Below, piece by piece: positions 30,701 through 39,300 of a stretch of DNA of 64,000 bases (the stretch's first letter is position 1; the number at the start of each line of letters is the position of its first letter). The notes under the pieces were generated by a model. It did no database searches. It saw only the letters and a program-made list of their open reading frames with translations, and was not told the origin of the DNA. Origin of the DNA: Methanobacteriota archaeon (GTDB taxonomy: Archaea; Thermoplasmatota; Thermoplasmata; SG8-5; JAGLSY01); contig JAEHCQ010000001.1 of the NCBI GenBank assembly GCA_020696385.1, forward strand, positions 256,001 to 320,000, written 5' to 3'. A program made the translations under genes and the position numbers.

Positions 30701-31847
30701 AGCCTTTTCCAATCCACTTGAGCATAATACCCTCAACTGGACATTGTCCGGAGATGATGGTGCAGGAGCCAATGATGTAGTAGGTTACAATATCTACAGA
30801 GCTCCCGCTTCAGGCGGACCATGGACGAACATAGACACTGTGCCAGCTGGTACAGGCACCTACACGGATATTGACCGTGGAATGTCAGATGGAACACAGT
30901 GGTGGTATATTGTAAGGGGCGAGGATGGAGCTGGCAATGAAGATACAAACACAAACGCAGTGCCAGAGCCCGGCTCGGTACCAGATTCTGCACCTGTTTC
31001 ATCAGCAGGATATGCTGGCGCGTCACCAACATCCAATAACCCGGTTACAATTAGCTGGACCGCGACAGATGACAATGATCTCACACAGGTCGAATTGTTC
31101 TACAGACATGATGGTGGAGCATACGCATCTTGGACGGACGGCACCAATCCAGCAACTGCGGCAGGAACCGCGGACAGTGGTTCCTGGAGCTTTGACTTCC
31201 CGGATGGAGCTGGAACATACGACTTCTACACCAGAGCGTCGGATGATATGCCACAGACTGAGGCCGCACCAGGATCACCAGATGTCACTATCCAGTATAT
31301 CCCGATACAGAACTACGACTTTGATCTTGCAGGAGTATCGGATAACTCGTGGATATTCGTGTCATTCCCACTGGATATGACAGGAGATGTTCTGACCATC
31401 ATAGATGATGCGACATGGGGGGATGGCGACACGACCTGGGAGGTCATCCATTGGTACGATCCAACAGATGTCGATCACTGGAAGACATATGACAAGGCAC
31501 AGGCAACTGCTGGATTGGCACAGGACATGCCGACCATTGACAACTCCATGGGTATGTGGATAAAGATCACAACTTCAGGAACAGTATTGACAGTTGGAGA
31601 GGGATTCGAATCTGCAAGCACTGATATCACTCTGAACGCTGGCTGGAACCTCATTGGTTACCCAGCACAGGATGATTCGACCTACGATGTCGGCGATCTG
31701 AAAGCAGACACTGGAGCGACCATGGTAGAAGGCTATGGTGCAGGACCGTACAATATCGTTACACTGGCGAACAATTATGTCTTGCAACGTGGCGAAGCGT
31801 ACTGGGTCTTTGTCGGAGTCGGCGGAACCTGGACTGTCAATTGGTAA
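27744..31847 (+). CDS. Secreted S8 serine protease, modular
   Basis: IADTG, HGHGTHC, SAGN, GTSQS; SD GGAGG. Confidence 0.93.
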   Translation: MDKISNNYVGVLLSICVAIFMLIPAGAATSSMETEAFQGKEHFIINVYEPVDSSWIDVLDQMGIQTVTYLPEKGYEAFLTYDQMAQAEELDFVKCINEYPVEDKISEYLEGDEVIISLVNAGSMPSSLQAIYGLMDVFDEDDTAAGHIIKGRILNMNDINIIAGLADVHFIETYFPEQLHGEMGTQILGGGLWLFDDDADTDTPYRALGNYGSHVNQLGWTGEGVRIAIADTGVGDGTTGDSGHNDFTGRVVGGYDFGTGGWQDNHGHGTHCIGLAAGDTYNGNGVTYGGFGPYYVGQGQAPDSTIYVEQIFEGASGSWVGPADYRQILYENGGSQIHTNSWGANTGGAYSAADEAFDEAIRDSDGDPVNGNQQIVVFTSAGNAGSGLNTIGSPGNSKNIITVGGTQNYAPDSRTYGADEYSITSINPDTMYSSSSRGWTDDGRIKPDIVTPGQNTLSLSSPLVVDGLFGDYSQDSRYTWCTGTSQSCPQGAGGGAVVYGWYQDPSNYGVEPTPATVKALLINTAVDIATADIPNQNEGWGRMNIMPIIDQPAPFMIFQDPSELITDAIDTYTFSYVNPAEPVKITLAYTDRFALSGAAITLQNQVNLEVESPTGTIYHGNAFSGGWSTTGNPSATFDTNADGYDDRNNVECVYLNTGQMEIGQYTVRIIGTSVPADCDNDGSNDQDYSLVMYNCEDVSARGTVDLDQNVYAGENLATITVSDTDLNTNGLVQQTTITVTSTSEPGGESVTLTETGGDTSVFVGTLTLSQTNGAGILLVSHDDVITATYNDADDGTGSSQVVTDTATVDSGVAPTSGLTVEWWAPAAGSTETRFMRSDAATVNGLTGDSLGTSQSAVTQTVTLSSTSTIFSGISVFSRSSGGAETPISSGIVAIASTGGTETVSATWDCPQTTISDTDSIVVKWYCGGTNPPATLVETFTTEVLGGTQLSAATWTFYSYLSERNNADRVSWGSATANTRIEGFTWAAFSNPLEHNTLNWTLSGDDGAGANDVVGYNIYRAPASGGPWTNIDTVPAGTGTYTDIDRGMSDGTQWWYIVRGEDGAGNEDTNTNAVPEPGSVPDSAPVSSAGYAGASPTSNNPVTISWTATDDNDLTQVELFYRHDGGAYASWTDGTNPATAAGTADSGSWSFDFPDGAGTYDFYTRASDDMPQTEAAPGSPDVTIQYIPIQNYDFDLAGVSDNSWIFVSFPLDMTGDVLTIIDDATWGDGDTTWEVIHWYDPTDVDHWKTYDKAQATAGLAQDMPTIDNSMGMWIKITTSGTVLTVGEGFESASTDITLNAGWNLIGYPAQDDSTYDVGDLKADTGATMVEGYGAGPYNIVTLANNYVLQRGEAYWVFVGVGGTWTVNW
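30957..31299 (+). repeat. Near-identical Ig-like module DNA, copy 2
   Basis: See 26614-26956. Confidence 0.9.
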
Positions 31848-31870
31848 GCAGCTAACGAAGCAAAATAAAT

Positions 31871-31892
31871 GAGAGAGCTTTCGGGCTCTCTC
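31871..31892 (+). terminator. Identical terminator hairpin, copy 2 of 3
   Basis: GAGAGAGCTTTCGGGCTCTCTC. Confidence 0.75.
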
Positions 31893-32117
31893 AACTTTTA
31901 TATTTTTATTCAATATCTTTAACATACGAAACACTTTAATAATAGTAAACCAAAAATATTTTATACCAAATTATTAACTGGACGAATCATGCAACTAATT
32001 ATTTATACCATGTTAATCATTTATTTTATATCCTATATGCAGTGAACATATTATCTACAGTTTACATTTTCGGGCATTTGCTAAGGCCCCTCGATGTGTA
32101 GGGAAGGAGAAGGTAAA

Positions 32118-35100
32118 ATGGAATTTAAAAAATTGAATATCATGGGTGTTTTGATATCGATCATAATCGCTATCAGCATGGTGATGCCGGTAAGTCTAGC
32201 CACGGATAATGATCAGAAAGCGTATACTGACGTGGAGGACATATACTATATTGATTTCACTGGGCCAGTCCTCGAGGAATGGTCCGACGCCCTGGACAAC
32301 ATAGGTGTGAATGTTATCACCTATGTTCAGGGGAAAGGCTATGAGGTCAAGATGACGGACGCGAAAAAGACAATTGCCGAGGCATTGCCATATGTCAAAT
32401 CCGTAATTATCCTGCCAGATGATGCAAAGATATCGCAAGACATAGCTACAAATGGAAATGATGTTGCCATATCCTTGATGCAATCCGCCAGTATGATGGA
32501 CACCGTGCAGGAGATAGCGAATTATGTCGATGTCTTACAGGAAGGAGTGACATCAAATGGCTATGTCGTAAGAGGAACATTGAAGGATGTGGGAGTGTTG
32601 AGCACACTGGCATCTTTTAAGGATGTTCATTACATTTCACCACACATTGAAGATGAACTCAAAGATGAAGCTGGCATGCAACAAATTGGTGGCTTCCTTT
32701 GGGTTGATGATCCGGATAATGATCCCGACACACCATACAGAGACACAGGAGGCGGATTCGGAACATATGTCAATCATCTGGGATGGACAGGTGATGGAGT
32801 TATCGTGGGTATTGCGGATACTGGTTTAGGCGACGGAACCACTGGAGATGCTAACCATATTGACTTTGAGAATCGAGTGATCGGTGGAACTGAATATGGA
32901 GCTGGTGACTGGGCAGATGGACATGGTCATGGGACACATTGTGCAGGTCTTATAGTTGCTAATGGTTTCGAAGGAACAGGTGTGACTCACAGTGGATTCG
33001 GCAACTACTACGCTGGAATGGGATTGGCATATGATGCTGAAATATATGCACAGAAAATATTCACTGATGCTGGCGGTTGGTCTGGTCCAGCAGATTATTA
33101 TACAATTTTAGAAGATGCTCAAAGAGCTGGCGTGATGGTACACTCTAATTCATGGGGTGCTTCAACATATGGATCATATGATGGTCATGATGAAGCATAT
33201 GACCATGCGGTCAGAGATGCGGATGACAATGCAGCTGGAAACCAACAATTGATAATCACCGTTGCTGCGAGCAATGATGGATCAGGGACCAATACCATAG
33301 GCAGCCCTGGTAATGCGAAGAATGTTATAACCGTAGGAGCAACAGAGAATTACTGGCCAGATATGGCTAACTATGGAAATAATATTGATCCAAACACAGA
33401 TGCTGACAATCCTGATCAGATCATTGATTTCAGCTCAAGAGGCTGGACTGATGATAACAGAATCAAGCCAGATGTGGTCGCAGCAGGTTCTGGAACACTT
33501 TCTCCCCGTTCTACAGATGCTTCCATAGATTGTCTTTATGGAACTTACGACGATGATAACAGATACGAATGGTGCTCTGGAACATCCCAAGCCAACCCAA
33601 CAGTGGCTGGCGGTGTTGCAGTGATATACGAATGGTATCTGGCCACATACGGTCAGATCATAACACCTTCCATGGCCAAGGCATTGACAATAAACACAGC
33701 AGTGGACATTGGCGCAGCGGACATACCAAACAGAAATGAAGGGTGGGGAAGGATGTATTTGCCCACGATGATGGATCCTCCTGCACCATTTATCTTAAAG
33801 GACGAAGTGGGGGAATTAACAACAGGCGTGACAGATTCCTTCACATTCTCATATGCTGATGCATCAGAGCCAGTCAAGATCACTCTGGCATACACAGACC
33901 TATATGCACTGGATGGTGCGAACCCAACGCTTCAGAATCAAGTTAACCTTGAAATAGAAAGTCCATTGGGTGACATATACCATGGTAATGCATTCGCAGC
34001 TGGCTGGACACCGGCAAATACAGATCCGCAAGCGATTTGGGATACCACAGGGGATGGATATGATAATGTGAACAATGTAGAATGTGTTTACATACCACCG
34101 GGAAGTCTTCAAGTTGGCCAGTATACAGTCAGGGTCATTGGAACTAACATACCGGCAGATTGTGATTTTGATGGATCAGATGACCAGGATTACTCACTGG
34201 TCATTTACAATGGACTGGACGTATCAAGCACTGGAACTTGCGACCTGGATGCCCCCTTATACATGGGTGAGGACACAGCAACCATCACGGTGAAGGATGC
34301 TGACCTGAACACAAATGTAGCAGTCCAGACACATGGCATAACAGTTGACAGCGACACAGAACCAGGTGGAGAGAGCGTGACACTTACAGAGACCGGTGGG
34401 GACACTGGCATCTTCGTTGGAACGATCGATCTATCATTAACTGATGCAATTGGTGATCTTCATGTATCGCATGGTGACACAATAACCGCAACTTACACTG
34501 ATTTGGACGATGGCTTTGGTTCTCTGCAGGTTGTTACAGATACAGCTGTGATAGATGCCCAGGTCGGACCACCATCCAGCCTCACTGTCGATTGGTGGGG
34601 TGTGTCAAGTTTGACACTATTGGATGATGATGTCGAAGGTGGAGACCTCGGCTATACAACAGGAGGGGACCTGGAGAGCTTCGCGATCCGAACATTGGGT
34701 TCAAACTCTGGTGCCAGCTCCTGGGACTTCGGCAATGGCAATTATCAAGAATCTGGTGGAGAGAACTCGTGGCTCATAACACCGGCCTTGGCAATACCGG
34801 CCGGTGCGACCTCTGCTTCTCTGAGCTTCTGGCATTGGTGGGACTTCGAGACCACCAACTGGGATGGTGGTAATCTAAAGATATCCACCACAGGTGTTGG
34901 AGGCGCATACAGCTTGATGACCCCAAGTGGAGGACAGGCATATACTGGCACTATCCAGACAGGATACAATAATCCTATGGCGGGTCAGCAGGCTTGGACC
35001 AATGCCCAGGCAAGCTTTGTGGAATCCACCTTTGATCTATTTGCATATGCAGGACAGACCGTGCACATCAAATGGGATGCTGGAGTGGATGATTATGCCA

Positions 35101-35972
35101 CTACAGATGCTGGATGGAGAATTGATGATATCCTCGTCCAGGCGACTGGAAGCGGTGCGAACAATGACAATCTGCTCAACTGGACACTGTCCGGAGATGA
35201 TGGTGCTGGAGCCAATGATGTTGACCAGTATAACATATACAGATCAGCGGACAACCCTACAGGCCCATGGGTCGATGTAGCTAGCGTTCCAGCAGGAACC
35301 GATACCTACACAGACGCAGGCCGCGGTGAGTTCGATGGAACCACATGGTGGTACATCGTGCGCGCGCAGGACGCTGTGGGAAATGAGGACACTAACAACA
35401 ATGCAGTGCCAGAACCTGGTGGAGTGGCAGCAGTTCCATATGACATCGACACTAGCGCGGCCGCACCAGGTGATTGGGTCTTCGTATCCTTCCCTATAAC
35501 AGCGTCTGGAGATGTACTAACAGTTCTTGATGATGCGAACTGGGGCAATGGTGACACCACATGGGAGATCGTTAGCTGGTACGATCCGGTAGACGCAGAT
35601 CATTGGAAGACCTATGACAAAGCACAGTTCGCTGCAGGATTGGCGCAGGATATGCCAACCGTGGACAATGCGAAGGGTATGTGGGTGAAGCTCACAACAG
35701 CAGGATCACTCCTGAGTGTTGGAGAAGGACAAGAGCCAACAACCACAGATATCACTCTGAGCACTGGCTGGAACCTAATAGGCTATCCCGCCCAGGATGA
35801 TTCAACCTACGATGTTGGTGATCTGAAGACAGCGACAGGTGCGACCATGGTTGAAGGTTACGGTGCTGGACCATACAATATCGTCACACTCGCAGACAAC
35901 TATGTCTTGCAGCGTGGAGAGGCGTACTGGGTCAAGGTCGGCAGTGGAACAGTATGGACTGTGAACTGGTAA
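32118..35972 (+). CDS. Secreted S8 serine protease with MAM/InhA-like jelly-roll insert
   Basis: IADTG, HGHGTHCAG, AASN, SGTSQANP; LSFWHWWDFE..WDGG..GWRIDDI module; ATG 32118 after GGAGAAGG. Confidence 0.93.
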   Translation: MEFKKLNIMGVLISIIIAISMVMPVSLATDNDQKAYTDVEDIYYIDFTGPVLEEWSDALDNIGVNVITYVQGKGYEVKMTDAKKTIAEALPYVKSVIILPDDAKISQDIATNGNDVAISLMQSASMMDTVQEIANYVDVLQEGVTSNGYVVRGTLKDVGVLSTLASFKDVHYISPHIEDELKDEAGMQQIGGFLWVDDPDNDPDTPYRDTGGGFGTYVNHLGWTGDGVIVGIADTGLGDGTTGDANHIDFENRVIGGTEYGAGDWADGHGHGTHCAGLIVANGFEGTGVTHSGFGNYYAGMGLAYDAEIYAQKIFTDAGGWSGPADYYTILEDAQRAGVMVHSNSWGASTYGSYDGHDEAYDHAVRDADDNAAGNQQLIITVAASNDGSGTNTIGSPGNAKNVITVGATENYWPDMANYGNNIDPNTDADNPDQIIDFSSRGWTDDNRIKPDVVAAGSGTLSPRSTDASIDCLYGTYDDDNRYEWCSGTSQANPTVAGGVAVIYEWYLATYGQIITPSMAKALTINTAVDIGAADIPNRNEGWGRMYLPTMMDPPAPFILKDEVGELTTGVTDSFTFSYADASEPVKITLAYTDLYALDGANPTLQNQVNLEIESPLGDIYHGNAFAAGWTPANTDPQAIWDTTGDGYDNVNNVECVYIPPGSLQVGQYTVRVIGTNIPADCDFDGSDDQDYSLVIYNGLDVSSTGTCDLDAPLYMGEDTATITVKDADLNTNVAVQTHGITVDSDTEPGGESVTLTETGGDTGIFVGTIDLSLTDAIGDLHVSHGDTITATYTDLDDGFGSLQVVTDTAVIDAQVGPPSSLTVDWWGVSSLTLLDDDVEGGDLGYTTGGDLESFAIRTLGSNSGASSWDFGNGNYQESGGENSWLITPALAIPAGATSASLSFWHWWDFETTNWDGGNLKISTTGVGGAYSLMTPSGGQAYTGTIQTGYNNPMAGQQAWTNAQASFVESTFDLFAYAGQTVHIKWDAGVDDYATTDAGWRIDDILVQATGSGANNDNLLNWTLSGDDGAGANDVDQYNIYRSADNPTGPWVDVASVPAGTDTYTDAGRGEFDGTTWWYIVRAQDAVGNEDTNNNAVPEPGGVAAVPYDIDTSAAAPGDWVFVSFPITASGDVLTVLDDANWGNGDTTWEIVSWYDPVDADHWKTYDKAQFAAGLAQDMPTVDNAKGMWVKLTTAGSLLSVGEGQEPTTTDITLSTGWNLIGYPAQDDSTYDVGDLKTATGATMVEGYGAGPYNIVTLADNYVLQRGEAYWVKVGSGTVWTVNW

Positions 35973-35992
35973 GCAAAAGACCAAAGAAAAAT

Positions 35993-36014
35993 GAGAGAGC
36001 TTTCGGGCTCTCTC
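35993..36014 (+). terminator. Identical terminator hairpin, copy 3 of 3
   Basis: GAGAGAGCTTTCGGGCTCTCTC. Confidence 0.75.
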
Positions 36015-36394
36015 CCATTTAACTTTTTATTTTTTCAAACTTTTACAAATAGTATAGGGGTTGATCCGTTCTTGAACTTTAGCCAGTAACTATTGTTAAA
36101 TGATGAGGGGGGGAAAAATATATATATGAATGATAGAAAAATATATATACTATAATAAAATGATATTATAAATAATTTTCATTCTTTTGAATTCAAACAA
36201 ATTAACAATATCATATCAAAAATTATATATATGCCAAATGGAAACATATATATAGTAAAAAAAACTCATAATATTTTAAGTGAATACTTATTTATAGCCC
36301 TATATCCAATATATATTTTTAACTTCGAAATCAAGATTTGAGATTAATAAAAACAATATCACATATTTTTTGTGATATCTTGGAGGGAGTAGGA

Positions 36395-39300
36395 ATGGAT
36401 ATAATGGGCATGCATACAAATAAGAAAATTGGAGCGAGCATATTGATCACCATGATGCTACTGGCATCACTTACAGGACTTATCGGATCAGGTGTTATGG
36501 ATTCGGATCCATTAGTGAGTGCTGAGCCGATCGACCTTTCACGGCAGATAACCTCAGACAGGATACCTATGAAAACTGGAAGCACTGTTTTGGATTCCAC
36601 ACCTGGGATAAGACAACTGACCGAGTACAGAGCGGATTATAAAGCAAGTGAGGGAGAAAATGTCATATTGGCAGCAGCAGAACCTCTGCAAATTAATTCC
36701 TTATTCCCGGATGTGGATACAGGAAGAACCGTTCTGCTTGAGATAGCATCTGGAATTGACAATGGTTCCTTCGTACCAGCGTATCTATATGCAGGTAATC
36801 AGGCCGCGGCTTATTCCAGAAATGATGTCGCACTCATGGAGCTGAACAGCTGGATGGATGGAAATATTGTCGCTGCAACCTACTGGGGATTGCAGGACAA
36901 GGAATTCGCTCCAGGGGAGTTCAATTGGCTTCTTGGAGGAGATCCAGCAGATGATGCCGCCATGAGGGAATATTATACAGCTCCTTATGGTCTGGACACC
37001 TTCCCCGCTTACCTTAATTCAGATACAGCAGGAGATCCAAATGATCTGATGAATGCTGGTGGTTTCGCAATAGACGGTGGATTTGCTGGAAAATACGACG
37101 GCAGTGGTGCTTTTTATTCAGATTGTGATTCAACTTCAACAGGAAGATGGGATGGCGCAGGAGGTGCAGTTCCAGAGTTCATTCAAGATGACCTGGACGC
37201 GAGGATCGCGACACCAAGTGATCTGACAATGACATTGAATGGTTCATATGACGATGTACTTGAGGAGGGAACTTTCTCATTGGCTATATCATCAATTGGG
37301 AACATGGGAGACCTTGGTTATGATTCAAACAAGTTCGTTACCACTTTCTTCATAGTTGATGATTACAACACTGTGGTTACCAGGAACAATGCCCTGGGGC
37401 CAACAGGTCCAGGATACACTGTCAAGGATTATAACATAAGATATTCCATGCAACAGTGGGTGGGAACTGATGAGGCACTTGATGGTTCACTAGACAGCAG
37501 AGGTGAAACGGTAACCTATCAGGACGTGGCCTTCTCCAGGAACCCGACAGTTAGAGCTGCAAATCTCGGCGGAGGGGCGATGCCCGCATGGAACCTGAAT
37601 GAACTGGGTGTCATAGCCGCGATATACGATGAAGAGACAATGGAAGTTCACCAGGCAGTTTACTATGACTTCGCAGACAATACACCAGATATTGCCATTC
37701 AGGCTACAGATGTTTCATACGGTCTACCACCGGTAGCGGTGGTCAATGAGACTGTGTTTGGTCCTACTTCAGTTGGCCAGACTACCTTCAATATAGGGTA
37801 CACTAACATAATCGATTGTACTCTTTACGTTGATGAAGATGAATTCGCTTCAACACCCTTCGACTGGTACAAATTATGGGAGGTCGGAGCTGGTGGCTGG
37901 GATGATTACACATTGGACTATGACACTGGTGACGTTTACCTAGAATACGAATGGTGGGCGGACACATCATACATCCACGGATGGCTCAATTATTCCGCAA
38001 CACCAAATAGTGGAGATATTGTTCCGGTTCACATATCGATCGATAATGCCGGGCGTTCATCTTCAGGATCAAATGTCAATGTAGGTATCTATGATGGAGA
38101 CCCGACCAGTGGTGGTGCTTTATTAGGTACACACGATGCAGGGGTCATGGCCTCTGGATCCACGGTTGATTTCACATATAATTGGGATTCCACAGGATAT
38201 CAGGGATACTACTCACTATGTATAATCCCAGATTATCTGGATGCAATATCCGAGTCAAATGAGAACAATAATATTGCTCCTGTGGACGTGTATATCGCAC
38301 CACCAATGGATGTCGGAGCCTTCGCGATCAGTTCACTGGTCGACCAGGCCACATATGAATGGGGGCCACGAAATATCAATGCCAACATTGGGAACATGGG
38401 AACAACATCTCAAGGACCCTTCCCGGTAAAGATCGAGATCAATCATCTCGGTTCTACCACATACCTACTCAATGATGATTGTGAAAGTGGAATACTACCA
38501 GGTTGGACACCAGATGGACCAGTCGCACCTGGCTGGGATCTAAGAGCTAATGCAGCCAACAGTCCTGCAACATCATGGGACTTCGGAGACGGTAATTATG
38601 GGGCTGGACCGCATGATTATAAACTGGAATTCGGACCTTTCGATCTGACAGGGGCTTTCACAAGTGCGGAATGGAAATGGTTCCATAACTACGATTGGGA
38701 AGCTGGCTGGGACGGTGGAGTTCTGGATGTCAGTGCCGATGGAGCCGCATGGACAAGGGTCGTATCGGCCAATGGCTATGATGCGGCTTTGGGAACTGGA
38801 TACTTCAATCCGATCGATGGAGATGCGGGTTCTGATGCTTTCACTGGGGCCAGTGGAGGATTCGTGGAGGATTCTGTGGATCTGACACCATGGCTTGGTG
38901 ACGGGACAGTCTGGGTAAGATACTGGGCTGGTGCTGATGATTTCGCAGGTGGAGGAACTGGCTGGAATGTCGATGATATCAGAATATCGAAGAAAACTGC
39001 TGCAGGTGGTTCTTTATTCACAGATGTCAAGGACACCACCCTCACACTGGGTCAGGGCGAGGGCGAGGAGATGACCTGGAACTATGACTTCAATGATGAG
39101 GCAGAATACCAGATATCTGTGATGACCATGCTACCAGGAGATGCAGTTGCAACCAACAATGAATCTGTTGTGAACATCTTCACCATGAACAGCATGCCGC
39201 CAGGACCAGCGACCGATGTGGCAACAGAGGTTGGAGGATCAGGCGGAGCCAGTGTGTACCAGCAGACCACGAGCGACATTGCTGTTGAGAACAACGGTGG

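Noticed and set aside
26614-31299. Repeat pair as a diversity-generating retroelement TR/VR
   Set aside because: Differences are mixed and mostly synonymous rather than adenine-specific; both copies are coding; no reverse transcriptase in the window.
36020-36340. Very AT-rich tract as a replication origin
   Set aside because: No ORB repeats with G-strings and no cdc6/orc1 nearby; more likely the promoter region of the fifth secreted gene.
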